Assembly: GCA_009914755.4 (NCBI GenBank)
Contig: CP068257.2
Location: forward strand, 10,848,001-10,912,000
DNA length: 64,000 nt
Reading direction: 5' to 3'
DNA from: the human T2T-CHM13v2.0 reference genome, Homo sapiens
Numbering within the stretch: the first letter of the stretch is position 1; each line of letters opens with the position of its first letter. The translations under genes were made by a program, and so were the position numbers. The notes under the pieces are model-generated. The model was not told the DNA's origin and did no database searches. It saw only the letters and a program-made list of their open reading frames with translations. Below, piece after piece: positions 33,501-51,101 of this stretch.

Positions 33501-35249
33501 TACATAAAATATCAAAGTACCCATAGTATGTATTATATCTTGTACATAAAATATGAAGGTATATCAAATATATATTATATTCTGCACATAAAATATCATA
33601 TTACACCAAATATATATTATATACTGTACATAAAATATGAAGGTACATCAAATGTATATTATATGCTGCACATAAAATATCAAAGTCCCCAAAGTTTGTA
33701 TTATATACTGTACATAAAATATCAAAGTATCCAAAGTGTATATTATATACTGTACATAAAATATGAAGGTACATCCGATACATATTATATTCTGTACATA
33801 AAATATCAAAGTACACCAAGTATATATTATATACTGTACATAAAATATTAAATTACCCGAAATATGTATTGTATACTGTACATAAAATATGAAAGTAACC
33901 AAACATTTATAATAAACTGTACATAAAATATCAAAGTACTCAAACTACATATTATATACAGTATATAAAATATCAAAGTACCCAAACTGTATATTATATA
34001 CTGTACATACTATATCAAAGTACCCGAATATATAGCATACTGTACATAAAATATCAAAGTACCCAAAATATATATTGTACACTGCACATAAAATATGAAG
34101 CTACATCAAAGATATATTATATTCTGTACATAAAATATCAAAGTACACCAAGTATATATTATATGCTGTACATAATATATTAAAGTCGACCAAATATGTA
34201 TTACATACTGTACAAAAAATATGAAGGTACATCAAATATATATTATATGCTGCACATAAAATATCAAAGTACCCAAAGTATGTATTATATACTGTACATA
34301 AAATATCAAAATACCCAAAGTATATATTATATACTATACATACAATATAAAATACCCCAAATATATATTATATGCTGTACATAAAATATCAAAGTACACA
34401 AAATATGTATTATGTACTGTACATAAAATATCAAAGGACCGAAAATATATATTATATACTGTACATAAAATATCAAAATACCCAAAATATATACTATATA
34501 CTGTACATAAAATACCAAAGTACCCAAAGTATATATTATATACCGTACAAAAAATATCAAAGTAGCCAAAGTATGTATTATACACTGTACATAATATATG
34601 AAAGTACCCAAACATTTATAATAAACTGTACATAAAATATCAATGTACTCAAACTATATATTATGTTCGGTACATAACATATCAAAGTACCCATACTATA
34701 TAGTATATACTGTACTTAAAATATCAAAATACCCAAAATATATATTATATACGTTACATAAATTATCCAATACCCAAAGTATGTATTATATACTGTACTT
34801 AAAATAGCAAAGTTCCCAAAATATGTATTATATACTGTACATAACAAATGAAAGTACCCAACCATTTATAGTAAACTCTACATAAAATACCAAAGTACCC
34901 AAACTGTGTATTGTATACTGTCCATAAATTATCAAAGTACCCAAAATATATATTGTAAACTGTACATAAAATATCAAAGTAGCCAAAATGTATATTGTAT
35001 ACTGTACATAAAATATAAACGTACCCCAAATATATATTATGTACTGTACACAAAATATCAAAGTACCCATAATACATATTATATACTGTACATAAAATAT
35101 CAAAGGACCCAAAATAAACATTTTATATACTGTACATAAAATATCCAAATACTCAAAATATATATTACATACTGTACATAAAATATCAAAGTACCCAAAT
35201 TATGTATTATATACTGTACGTAAAATATCAGAGTACCCAAAATATGCAT
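30564..35249 (+). repeat. Copy 2 of the tandemly duplicated 4,684-bp higher-order repeat unit, carrying a 2-bp 'tt' insertion near 35121
   Basis: As above. aaacattttatatactg at about 35115-35131 corresponds to aaacattatatactg at about 30433. Downstream offsets change from 4684 to 4686. The partner offset of 14776 becomes 14774 after this point. Confidence 0.85.
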
Positions 35250-38200
35250 TATATACTGTACATAAAATATGAAAGTAACAAAACATTTATAATAAACTGT
35301 ACATAAAATATCAAAGTACTAAAACTATATATCATATACTGTACATAAAATATCAAAGTACCCAAACTTTGTATTATTATATACTGTCCATAAAATATCA
35401 AAGTACCTAAAATATATATTGCATACTGTACATAAAATATCAAAGTACCCAAAATATATACTATATACTGTACATAAAATATGAAGGTACATCAAATATA
35501 TATTATATCCTGTACATAAAATATCAAAGTACACCTATTATATATTGTGTACTGTACATAATATATTAAATCACCCAAATATATATTGTATACTGTATAT
35601 AAAATATGAAGGTACTTCAAATATACATTATATGCTGCACATAAAATATCAAAGTACCCAAAGTATGCATTACATACTGTACATAAAATATCAAAGTACA
35701 CAAATTATATATTATATAATGTACAGAAAATATGAAGGTTCATAAAATATATTTTATATTCTGTACATAATATATCAAAGTACATCAAATATATATTATA
35801 TACGGTACATAAAATATCAAAGTACCCAAAATATGTATTATTTACTGTGCATAAAATATGAAAGTAACCAAACATTTATAATAAACTGTACATAAAATAT
35901 CAAAGTAGTCAATCTACATATTATATACAGTATATAAAATGTCAAAGTACACAAACTGTATATTATATACTGTACATAATATATCAAAGTACCCAGAATA
36001 TATAGCATACTGTACATAAAATATCAAATTAGCCAAAATATATATTGTATACTGTATATAAAATATGAAGGTACATCAAAGATATATTATATTCTGTACA
36101 TAAAATATCAAAGTACACCAAATATGTATTATATGCTGTACATAATATATTAAAGTTGCCCATGTATACATTTTATACTGTACATAAAATATGAAGGTAC
36201 ATCAAATATATAGTATATGCTGCACATAAAATATCAAAGTACCCAAAGTATGTAATATACACTGTACATAATATATCAAAGTACCAAAAGTATATAATAC
36301 ATACTGTAAATAAAATATGAAGGTACCTCAAATATACATTATATTCTGTACATAAAATATCAAAGTACACCAAATATATACTATATGCTGTACATAAAAT
36401 ATTAAATTACCCACAATATGTACTGTATTGTGTACATAAAATATGAAAGTAACCAATCATTTATAATAAACTATACATAAAATATCAAAGTACTCAAACT
36501 GTATATTATATACTGTACATAAAGTATCAAAGTACCCAAACTGTGTAGCATATACTGTACATAAAATATCAAGGTACCCAACATATATATTGTAAACTGT
36601 AGATAAAATATCAAAGTACCCAAAATATATATTATATACTGTACATAAAATATGAAGGCACATCCAATATATATTATATTCTGTACATAAAATATCAAAG
36701 TACACCAAATGTATATTATACACTGTACATAAATTATAAAAGTACCCCAAATATATATTATATACTCTACATAAAATATCAAAGTACCCAAAATATATAT
36801 TATATACTGTACATAAAATATCAAAGTACCCATAGTATGTATTATATCCTGTACATAAAATATGAAGGTACATCAAATATATATTCTATTCTGCACATAA
36901 AATATCATATTACACCAAATATATATTGTATGCTGTATATAAAATATGAAGGTACTTCAAATATATATTATATGCTGCACATAAAATATCAAAGTACCCA
37001 AAGTATGCATTATATACTGTACATAAAATATCAAAGTACCCAAAGTGTATATTATATACTATACATAAAATATGAAGGTTCATCAAATATATTTTATATT
37101 CTGCACATAATATATCAAAGTACATCAAATATATATTATATGCTGTACATAAAATATCAAAGTATCAAAAATATGTATTATATACTGTACATAAAATATG
37201 AAAGTAACCAAATATTTATAATAAACTCTACATAAAATATCAAAGTACTCAAACTACATATTATATACAGTATATAAAATATCAAAGTACCCAAACTGTA
37301 TATTATATACTGTACATACTATATCAAAGTACCCGAATATATAGCATACTGTACATAAAATATCAAAGTACCCATAATATATATTGTATACTGTACATGA
37401 AATATGATGGTACATCAAAGATATATTATATTCTGTACATAAAATATCAAAGTACACCAAATATATATGATATGCTGTACATAATATATTAAAGTCGACC
37501 AAATATATATTACATACTGTACATAAAATATGAAGGTACATCAAATATATATTATATGCTGCACATAAAATATCAAAGTACCCAAAGTATATATTATATA
37601 CTGTACATAAAATATCAAAGTACACAAAGTATATATTATATACTGTACATAAAATATAAAATACCCCAAATATATATTTTATGCTGTACATAAAATATCA
37701 AAGTACACAAAATATGTATTATATACTGTGCATAAAATATCAAAGGACCCAAAATATATATTATATACTGTACATAAAATATCAAAATACCCAAAATATA
37801 TATTATATACTATACATAAAATACCAAAGTACCCAAAGTATATATTATATACCGTACAAAAAATATCAAAGTAGCCAAAATATGTATTATACACTGTACA
37901 TAATATATGAAAGTACCCAAACATTTATAATAAACTGTACATAAAATATCAATGTACTCAAACTATATATTATGTGCGGTACATAAGATATCAAAGTACC
38001 CATACTATATAGTATGTACTGTACTTAAAATATCAAAATACCCAAAATATATATTATATACGTTACATAAACTATCAAATACACAAAGTATGTATTGTAT
38101 ACTGTACATAAAATAGCAAAGTTCCCAAACTATGTATTATATACTGTACATAAAATATGAAAGTACCCAACCATTTATAATAAACTCTACATAAAATACC

Positions 38201-41200
38201 AAAGTAACCAAACTGTGTATTATATACTGTCCATAAAATATCAAAGTACCCAAAATATATATTGTAAACTGTACATAAAATATCAAAGTAGCCAAAATAT
38301 ATATTGTATACTGTACATAAAATATAAAATACCCCAAATATATATTATATACTGTACATAAAATATCAAAGTACCCATAATACATATTATATACTGTACA
38401 TAAAATATCAAAGTACCCAAACTGTATATTATATACTGTACATACTATATCAAAGTACCCGAATATATAGCATACTGCACATAAAATATCAAAGTACCCA
38501 TAATATATATTGTATACTGTACATGAAATATGATGGTACATCAAAGATATATTATATTCTGTACATAAAATATAAAAGTACACCAAATATATATGATATG
38601 CTGTACATAATATATTAAAGTCGACCAAATATATATTACATACTGTACATAAAATATGAAGGTACATCAAATATATATTATATTCTGCACATAAAATATC
38701 ATATTACACCAAATATATATTATATACTGTACATAAAATATGAAAGTACATCAAATATATATTATATGCTGCACATAAAATATAAAAGTCCCCAAAGTTT
38801 GTATTATATTCTGTACATAAAATATCAAAGTATCCAAAGTGTATATTATATACTGTACATAAAATATGAAGGTACATCCGATACCTATTATATTCTGTAC
38901 ATAAAATATCAAAGTACACCAAGTATACAATATATACTGTACATAAAATATTAAATTACCCGAAATATGTATTGTATACTGTACATAAAATATGAAAGGA
39001 ACCAAACATTTATAATAAACTGTACATAAAATATCAAAGTACTCAAACTGTGTATTATATACTGTACATAAAGCATCAAATTACCCAAACTGCGTAGCAT
39101 ATACTGTACATAAAATATCAAGGTACCCAAAATATATATTGTAAACTGTAGATAAAATATCAAAGTACCCAAAGTATACATTATATACTCTACATAAAAT
39201 ATCAAAATACGCAAAATATATATTGTATACTGTACATAAAATATCAAAGTATCCAAACTATATATTATGTACTGTACATAAAATATTAAAGTACCCAAAG
39301 TGTGTATTATACACTGCATATAAAATATGAAGGTACATAAAATATATATTGTATTCTGTACATAAAATATCAAATTACACCAAATATATATTATATAGTG
39401 TACATAATATATTAAAGTCTACCAAATATATATTATATACTGTACATAAAATATGAAGGTACATCAAATATATATTATACGCTGCACATAAAATATCAAA
39501 GTACCCAAAGTATGTATTATATACTGTACATAAAATATCAAAGTACCCAAAGTCTATATTATATACTGTACATAAAATATAAAATACCCCAAATATATAT
39601 TATATGCTGTACATAAAATATGAAAGTACACAAAATATGTATTATGTACTGTACATACAATATCAAAGGACCCAAAATATATATTATATACTGTACATAA
39701 AATATCAAAATACCCAAAATATATATTATATACTGTACATAAAATACCAAAGTACCCAAAGTATATATTATATACCGTACAAAAAATATCAAAGTAGCCA
39801 AAATATGTATTATACACTGTACATAATATATGAAAGTACCCAAACATTTATAATAAACTGTACATAAAATATCAATGTACTCAAACTATATATTATGTGC
39901 GGTACATAAGATATCAAAATACCCATACTATATAGTATGTACTGTACTTAAAATATCAAAATACCCAAAATATATATTATATACGTTACATAAACTATCA
40001 AATACACAAAGTATGTATTATATACTGTACATAAAATAGCAAAGTTCCCAAACTATGTATTATATACTGTACATAAAATATGAAAGTACCCAACCATTTA
40101 TAATAAACTCTATATAAAATACCAAAGTACCCAAACTGTGTATTATATACTGTCCATAAAATATCAAAGTACCCAAAATATATATTGTAAACTGTACATA
40201 AAATATCAAAGTAGCCAAAATATATATTGTATACTGTACATAAAATATAAAATACCCCAAATATATATTATATACTGTACATAAAATATCAAAGTACCCA
40301 TAATACATATTATATACTGTACATAAAATATCAAAGTACCCAAACTGTGTATTATTATATACTGTACATAAAATATCAAGGTACCTAAAATATATATTGC
40401 ATACTGTACATAAAATATCAAAGTACCCAAAATATATACTATATACTGTACATAAAATATGAAGGTACATCAAATATATATTATATCCTGTACATAAAAT
40501 ATCAAAGTACACCTATTATATATTGTGTACTGTACATAATATATTAAATCACCCGAATATATATTGTATACTGTATATAAAACATGAAGGTACTTCAAAT
40601 GTATATTATATGCTGCACATAAAATATCAAAGTACCCAAAGTATGCATTACATACTGTACATAAAATATCAAAGTACACAAATTATATATTATATAATGT
40701 ACATAAAATATGAAGGTTCATAAAATATATTTTATATTCTGTACATAATATATCAAAGTACATCAATTATATATTATATACGGTACATAAAATATCAAAG
40801 TACCCAAAATATGTATTATTTACTGTACATAAAATATGAAAGTAACCAAACATTTATAATAAACTGTACATAAAATATCAAAGTACTCAATCTACATATT
40901 ATATACAGTATATAAAATATCAAAGTACACAAACTGTATATTATATACTGTACATAATATATCAAAGTACCCAGAATATATAGCATACTGTACATAAAAT
41001 ATCAAAGTACCCAAAATATATATTGTATACTGTACATAAAATATGAAGGTACATCAAAGATATATTATATTCTGTACATAAAATATCAAATTACACCAAA
41101 TATATATTATATGCTGTACATAATATATTAAAGTTGCCCATATATACATTATATACTGTACATAAAATATGAACGTACATCAAATATATAGTATATGCTG

Positions 41201-44200
41201 CACATAAAATATCAAAGTACACAAAGTATGTATTATACACTGTACATAAAATATCAAGGTACCAAAAGTATATATTACATACTGTAAATAAAATATGAAG
41301 GTACCTCAAATATATATTATATTCTCTACATAAAATATAAAAGTACACCAAGTATATACTATATACTCTGCATAAAATATTAAATTACCCAAAATATGTA
41401 TTGTATTGTGTACATAAAATATGAAAGTAACCAAACATTTATAATAAACTGTACATAAAATATCAAAGTACTCAAACTGTATATTATATACTGTACATAA
41501 AGTATCAAAGTACCCAAACTGTGTAGTATATACTGTACATAAAATATCAAGGTACCCAAAATATATATTGTAAACAGTAGATAAAATATCAAAGTACCCA
41601 AAATATATATTATATACTGTACATAAAATATGAAGGCACATCCAATATATATTATATTCTGTACATAAAATATCAAAGTACACCAAATGTATATTATATA
41701 CTGTACATAAAATATCAAAGTACCCAACGTGTATATTATATACTGTACACAAAATATGAAGGTTCATCAAATATATTTTATATTCTGCACATAATATATC
41801 AAAGTACAACAAATATATATTATATACTGTACATATAATATCAAAGTACCAAAAATATGTATTATATACTGTACATAAAATATGAAAGTAACCAAACATA
41901 TATAATAAACTGTACATAAAATATCAAAGTACTCGAACTACATATTATATACAGTATATAAAATGTCAAAGTACCCAAACTCTATATTATATACTGTACA
42001 TAATATATCAAAGTACCCGAATATATAGCATACTGTACATAAAATATCAAAGTACCCAAAGTGTGTATTATACACTGCACATAAAATATGAAGGTACATA
42101 AAATATATATTGTATTCTGTACTAAAATATCAAAGTACTCCAAATATATATTATATGCTGTACATAATCTATTAAAGTTGCCCAAATATATATTATATAC
42201 TGTACATAAAATATGAAGGTACATCAAATATATAGTATATGCTGCACATAAAATATCAAAGTACCCAAAGTATGTATTATATACTGTACATAAAATATCA
42301 AAGTACCCAAAGTGTATATTATATACTGTACATAAAATATAAAATACCCCAAATATATATTATATGCTGTACATAAAATATCAAAGTACACAAAATATGT
42401 ATTATGTACTGTACATACAATATCAAAGGACCCAAAATATATATTATATACTGTACATAAAATATCAAAATATCCAAAATATATATTATATACTGTACAT
42501 AAAATACCAAAGTACCCAAAGTATATATTATATACCGTACAAAAAATATCAAAGTAGCCAAAATATGTATTATACACTGTACATAATATATGAAATTACC
42601 CAAACATTTATAATAAACTGTACATAAAATATCAATGTACTCAAACTATATATTATGTGTGGTACATAAGATATCAAAGTACCCATACTATATAGTATAT
42701 ACTGTACTTAAAATATCAAAATACCGAAAATATATATTATATACGTTACATAAACTATCAAATACACAAAGTATGTATTATATACTGTACATAAAATAGC
42801 AAAGTTCCCAAAATATGTATTATATACTGTACATAAAATATGAAAGTACCCAACCATTTATAATAAACTCTACATAAAATACCAAAGTACCCAAACTGTG
42901 TATTATATACTGTCCATAAAATATCAAAGTACCCAAAATATATATTGTAAACTGTACATAAAATACCAAATTACCCAAACTGTGTATTATATACTGTCCA
43001 TAAAATATCAAAGTAGCCAAAATATATATAGTATACCGTACATAAAATATAAAAGTACCCCAAATATATATTATATACTGTACATAAAATATCAAAGTAC
43101 CGATAATACATATTATATACTGTACATAAAATATCAAAGGACCCAAAATAAACATTATATACTGTACATAAAATATTCAAATACTCAAAATATATATTAC
43201 ATACTGTACATAAAATATCAAAGTACCCAAATTATGTATTATATACTGTACGTAAAATATCAGAGTACCCAAAATATGCATTATATACTGCACATAAAAT
43301 ATGAAAGTAACAAAACATTTATAATAAACTGTACATAAAATATCAAAGTACTCAAACTATATATCATATACTGTACATAAAATGCCAAAGTACCCAAACT
43401 GTGTATTATTATATACTGTATATAAAATATCAAAATACCTGAAATATATATTGCATACTGTACATAAAATATCAAAGTACCCAAAATATATACTATATAC
43501 TGTACATAAAATATGAAGGTACATCAAATATATATTACATCCTGTACATAAAATAACAAAGTACACCTATTATATATTGTGTACTGTACATAATATATTA
43601 AATCGCCCAAATATATATTCTATACTGTATATAAAATATGAAGGTACTTCAAATATATATTATATGCTGCACATAAAATATCAAAGTACCCAAAGTATGC
43701 ATTACATACTGTACATAAAATATCAAAGTACACAAATTATATATTATATACTGTACATAAAATATGTAGGTTCATCAAATATATTTTATATTCTGTACAT
43801 AATATATCAAAGTACATCAAATATATATTATATACGGTACATAAAATATCAAAGTACCCAAAATATGTATTATTTACTGTTCATAAAATATGAAAGTAAC
43901 CAAACATTTATAATAAACTGTACATAAAATATCAAAGTACTCAATCTACATATTATATACAGTATATAAAATATCAAAGTACACAAACTGTATATTATAT
44001 ACTGTACATAATATATCAAAGTACCCAGAATATATAGCATACTGTACATAAAATATCAAAGTACCCAAAATATATATTGTATACTGTACATAAAATATGA
44101 AGGTACATCAAAGATATATTATATTCTGTACATAAAATATCAAAGTACACCAAATATATATTATATGCTGTACATAATATATTAAAGTTGCCCATGTATA

Positions 44201-45699
44201 CATTTTATACTGTACATAAAATATGAAGGTACATCAAATATATAGTATATGCTGCACATAAAATATCAAAGTACCCAAAGTATGTAATATATACTGTACA
44301 TAATATATCAAAGTACCAAAAGTATATATTACATACTGTAAATAAAATATGAAGGTACCTCAAATATACATTATATTCTGTACATAAAATATCAAAGTAC
44401 ACCAAATATATACTATATACTGTACATAAAATATTAAATTACCCACAATATGTATTTTATTCTGTACATAAAATATGAAAGTAACCAATCATTTATAATA
44501 AACTGTACATAAAATATCAAAGTACTCAAACTGTATATTGTATACTGTAAATAAAGTATCAAAGTACCCAAACTGTGTAGTATATACTGTACATAATATA
44601 TCAAGGTACCCAAAATATATATTGTAAACTGTAGATAAAATATCAAAGTACCCAAAATATATATTATATACTGTACATAAAATATGAAGGCACATCCAGT
44701 ATATATTATATTCTGTACATAAAATATCAAAGTACACCAAATGTATATTATATACTGTACATAAAATATAAAAGTACCCCAAGTATATATTATATACTCT
44801 ACATAAAATATGAAAGTACCCAAAATATATATTATATACTGTACATAAAATATCAAAATACCCATAGTATGTATTATATCCTGTACATAAAATATGAAGG
44901 TACATCTAATATATATTATATTCTGCACATAAAATATCATATTACAACAAATATATATTATATACTGTACATAAAAGATGAAAGTACATCAAATATATAT
45001 TATATGCTGCACATAAAATATAAAAGTCCCCAAAGTTTGTATTATATTCCGTACATAAAATATCAAAGTATCCAAAGTGTATATTATATACTGCACATAA
45101 AATATGAAGGTACATCCGATACATATTATATTCTGTACGTAAAATATCAAAGTACACCAAGTATATATTATATACTGTACATAAAATATTAAATTACCCA
45201 AAATATGTATTGTATACTGTACATAAAATATGAAAGTATCCAAACATTTATAATAAACTGTACATAAAATATCAAAGTACTCAAACTGTGTATTATATAC
45301 TGTACATAAAGCATCCAAGTACCCAAACTGTGTAGCATATACTGTACATAAAATATCAAGGTACCCAAAATATATAGTGTAAACTGTAGATAAAATATCA
45401 AAGTACCCAAAGTATACATTATATACTCTACATAAAATATCAAAATACGCAAAATATATATTGTATACTGTACATAAAATATCAAAGTATCCAAACTATA
45501 TATTATGTACTGTACATAAAATATCAAAGTACCCAAAGTGTGTATTATACACTGCATATAAAATATGAAGGTACATAAAATATATATTGTATTCTGTACA
45601 TAAAATATCAAATTGCACCAAATATATATTATATAGTGTACATAATATATTAAAGTCTACCAAATATATATTATATACTGTACATAAAATATGAAGGTA

Positions 45700-48600
45700 C
45701 ATCAAATATATATTATACGCTGCACATAAAATATCAAAGTACCCAAAGTATGTATTATATACTGTACATAAAATATCAAAGTACCCAAAGTATATATTAT
45801 ATACTGTACATAAAATATAAAATACCCCAAATATATATTATATGCTGTACATGAAATATCAAAGTACACAAAATATGTATTATGTACTGTACATACAGTA
45901 TCAAAGGACCCAAAATATATATTATATACTGTACATAAAATATCAAAATATCCAAAATATATATTATATACTGTACATAAAATACCAAAGTACCCAAAGT
46001 ATATATTATATACCGTACAAAAAATATCAAAGTAGCCAAAATATGTATTATACACTGTACATAATATATGAAAGTACCCAAACATTTATAATAAACTGTA
46101 CATAAAATATCAATGTACTCAAACTATATATTATGTGCGGTACATAACATATCAAATTACCCATACTATATAGTATATACTGTACTTAAAATATCAAAAT
46201 ATCCAAAATATATATTATATACGTTACATAAACTATCAAATACACAAAGTATGTATTATATACTGTACATAAAATAGCAAAGTTCCCAAAATATGTATTA
46301 TATACTGTACATAAAATATGAAAGTACCCAACCATTTATAATAAACTCTACATAAAATACCAAAGTACCCAAACTGTGTATTATATACTGTCCATAAAAT
46401 ATCAAAGTACCCAAAATATATATTGTAAACTGTACATAAAATATCAAAGTAGCCAAAATATATATTGTATACTGTACATAAAATATAAAATACCCCAAAT
46501 ATATATTATATACTGTACATAAAATATCAAAGTACCCATAATACATATTATATACTGTACATAAAATATCAAAGGACCCAAAATAAACATTATATACTGT
46601 ACATAAAATATCCAAATACTCAAAATATATATTACATACTGTACATAAAATATCAAAGTACCCAAATTATGTATTATATACTGTACGTAAATTATCAGAG
46701 TACCCAAAATATGCATTATATACTGTACATAAAATATGAAATTAACAAAACATTTATAATAAACTGTACATAAAATATCAAAGTACTCAAACTATATATC
46801 ATATACTGTACATAAAATATCAAAGTACCCAAACTGTGTATTATTATATACTGTATATAAAATATCACAGTACCTGAAATATATATTGTATACTGTACAT
46901 AAAATATCAAAGTACCCAAAATATATACTATATACTGTCCATAAAATATGAAGGTACATCAAATATATATTATATCCTGTACATAAAATATCAAACTACA
47001 CCTATTAGATATTGTGTACTGTACATAATATATTAAATCCCCCAAATATATATTGTATACTGTATATAAAATATGAAGGTACTTCAAATTCATATTACAT
47101 GCTGCACATAAAATATCAAACTACCCAAGGTATGCATTATATACTGTACATAAAATATCAAAGTACACAAATTATATATTATATTCTGTACATAAAATAT
47201 GAAGGTTCATCAAATATATTTTATATTCTGTACATAATATATCAAAGTACATCAAATATATATTATATACGGTACATAAAATATCAAAGTACCAAAAATA
47301 TGTATTATATACTGTACATAAAATATGAAAGTAACCAAACATTTATAATAAATTGTACATAAAATATCAAAGTACTCAAACTACATATTATATACAGTAT
47401 ATAAAATATCAAAGTACACAAACTGTATATTATATTCTGTACATAATATATCAAAGTACCCAGAATATATAGCATACTGTACATAAAATATCAAAGTACC
47501 CAAAATATATATTGTATACTGTACATAAAATATGAAGGTACATCGAAGATATATTATATTGTGTACATAAAATATCAAAGTACACCAAATATATATTATA
47601 TGCTGTACATAATATATTAAAGTTGCCCAAATATATATTATATACTGTACATAAAATATGAAGGCACATCAAATATATAGTATATGCTGCACATAAAATA
47701 TCAAAGTACCCAAAGTATGTAATATATACTGTACATAACATATCAAAGTACCAAAAGTATATATTACCTACTGTAAATAAAATATGAAGGTACCACAAAT
47801 ATACATTATATTCTGTACATAAAATATCAAAGTACACCAAATATATACTATATACTGCACATACAATATTAAATTACCCACAATATGTATTGTATTGTGT
47901 ACATAAAATATGAAAGTAACCAAACATTTATAATAAACTGTACATAAAATATCAAAGTACTCAAACTGTATATTATATACTGTACATAAAGTATCAAAGT
48001 ACCCAAACTGTGTAGTATACACTGTACATAAAATATCAAGGTACCCAAAATATATATTGTAAACTGTAGATACGATATCAAATTACCCAAAATATATATT
48101 ATATACTGTACATAAAATATGAAGGCACATCCAGTATATATTATATTCTGTACATAAAATATCAAAGTACACCAAATGTATATTATATACTGTACATAAA
48201 ATATAAAAGTACCCCAAGTATATATTATATACTCTACATAAAATATGAAAGTACCCAAAATATATATTATATACTGTACATAAAATATCAAAGTACCCAT
48301 AGTATGTATTATATCCTGTACATAAAATATGAAGGTACATCAAATATATATTATATTCTGCACATAAAATATCATATTACACCAAATATATATTATATAC
48401 TGTACATAAAATATGAAGGTACATCAAATGTATATTATATGCTGCACATAAAATATCAAAGTCCCCAAAGTTTGTATTATATACTGTACATAAAATATCA
48501 AAGTATCCAAAGTGTATATTATATACTGTACATAAAATATGAAGGTACATCCGATACATATTATATTCTGTACATAAAATATCAAAGTACACCAAGTATA

Positions 48601-50770
48601 TATAATATACTGTACATAAAATATTAAATTACCCGAAATATGTATTGTATACTGTACATAAAATATGAAAGTAACCAAACATTTATAATAAACTGTACAT
48701 AAAATATCAAAGTACTCAAACTACATATTATATACAGTATATAAAATATCAAAGTACCCAAACTGTATATTATATACTGTACATACTATATCAAAGTACC
48801 CGAATATATAGCATACTGTACATAAAATATCAAAGTACCCAAAATATATATTGTACACTGCACATAAAATATGAAGCTACATCAAAGATATATTATATTC
48901 TGTACATAAAATATCAAAGTACACCAAGTATATATTATATGCTGTACATAATATATTAAAGTCGACCAAATATATATTACATACTGTACAAAAAATATGA
49001 AGGTACATCAAATATATATTATATGCTGCACATAAAATATCAAAGTACCCAAAGTATGTATTATATACTGTACATAAAATATCAAAATACCCAAAGTATA
49101 TATTATATACTATACATACAATATAAAATACCCCAAATATATATTATATGCTGTACATAAAATATCAAAGTACACAAAATATGTATTATGTACTGTACAT
49201 AAAATATCAAAGGACCGAAAATATATATTATATACTGTACATAAAATATCAAAATACCCAAAATATATACTATATACTGTACATAAAATACCAAAGTACC
49301 CAAAGTATATATTATATACCGTACAAAAAATATCAAAGTAGCCAAAGTATGTATTATACACTGTACATAATATATGAAAGTACCCAAACATTTATAATAA
49401 ACTGTACATAAAATATCAATGTACTCAAACTATATATTATGTTCGGTACATAACATATCAAAGTACCCATACTATATAGTATATACTGTACTTAAAATAT
49501 CAAAATACCCAAAATATATATTATATACGTTACATAAATTATCCAATACCCAAAGTATGTATTATATACTGTACTTAAAATAGCAAAGTTCCCAAAATAT
49601 GTATTATATACTGTACATAACAAATGAAAGTACCCAACCATTTATAGTAAACTCTACATAAAATACCAAAGTACCCAAACTGTGTATTATATACTGTCCA
49701 TAAATTATCAAAGTACCCAAAATATATATTGTAAACTGTACATAAAATATCAAAGTAGCCAAAATGTATATTGTATACTGTACATAAAATATAAATGTAC
49801 CCCAAATATATATTATATACTGTACACAAAATATCAAAGTACCCATAATACATATTATATACTGTACATAAAATATCAAAGGACCCAAAATAAACATTAT
49901 ATACTGTACATAAAATATCCAAATACTCAAAATATATATTACATACTGTACATAAAATATCAAAGTACCCAAATTATGTATTATATACTGTACGTAAAAT
50001 ATCAGAGTACCCAAAATATGCATTATATACTGTACATAAAATATGAAAGTAACAAAACATTTATAATAAACTGTACATAAAATATCAAAGTACTAAAACT
50101 ATATATCATATACTGTACATAAAATATCAAAGTACCCAAACTGTGTATTATTATATACTGTCCATAAAATATCAAGGTACCTAAAATATATATTGCATAC
50201 TGTACATAAAATATCAAAGTACCCAAAATATATACTCTATACTGTACATAAAATATGAAGGTACATCAAATATATATTATATCCTGTACATAAAATATCA
50301 AAGTACACCTATTATATATTGTGTACTGTACATAATATATTAAATCACCCAAATATATATTGTACACTGTATATAAAATATGAAGGTACTTCAAATGTAT
50401 ATTATATGCTGCACATAAAATATCAAAGTACCCAAAGTATGCATTACATACTGTACATAAAATATCAAAGTACACAAATTATATATTATATAATGTACAT
50501 AAAATATGAAGGTTCATAAAATATATTTTATATTCTGTACATAATATATCAAAGTACATCAATTATATATTATATACGGTACATAAAATATCAAAGTACC
50601 CAAAATATGTATTATTTACTGTACATAAAATATGAAAGTAACCAAACATTTATAATAAACTGTACATAAAATATCAAAGTACTCAATCTACATATTATAT
50701 ACAGTATATAAAATATCAAAGTACACAAACTGTATATTATATACTGTACGTAATATACCAAAGTACCCAG
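45700..50770 (+). repeat. ~5-kb segment with a near-identical copy ~10.34-10.38 kb downstream, at 56081-61112
   Basis: Landmarks match at an offset of 10381: 45702 to 56083, 46298 to 56679, 46716 to 57097, 47012 to 57393 and 47451 to 57762. The offset then becomes 10342: 48304 to 58646, 49103 to 59445, 50023 to 60365 and 50319 to 60661. The similarity continues at lower identity beyond about 50.8 kb / 61.1 kb. Confidence 0.8.
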
Positions 50771-51101
50771 AATATATAGCATACTGTACATAAAATATCA
50801 AAGTACCCAAAATATATATTGTATACTGTACATAAAATATGAAGGTACATCAAAGATATATTATATTCTGTACATAAAATATCAAAGTACACCAAATATA
50901 TATTATATGCTGTACATAATATATTAAAGTTGCCCATATATACATTATACACTGTACATAAAATATGAACGTACATCAAATATATGGTATATGCTGCACA
51001 TATAATATCAAAGTACCCAAAGTATGTATTATACACTGTACATAAAATATCAAACTACCAAAATTATATATTACATACTGTAAATAAAATATGAAGGTAC
51101 C

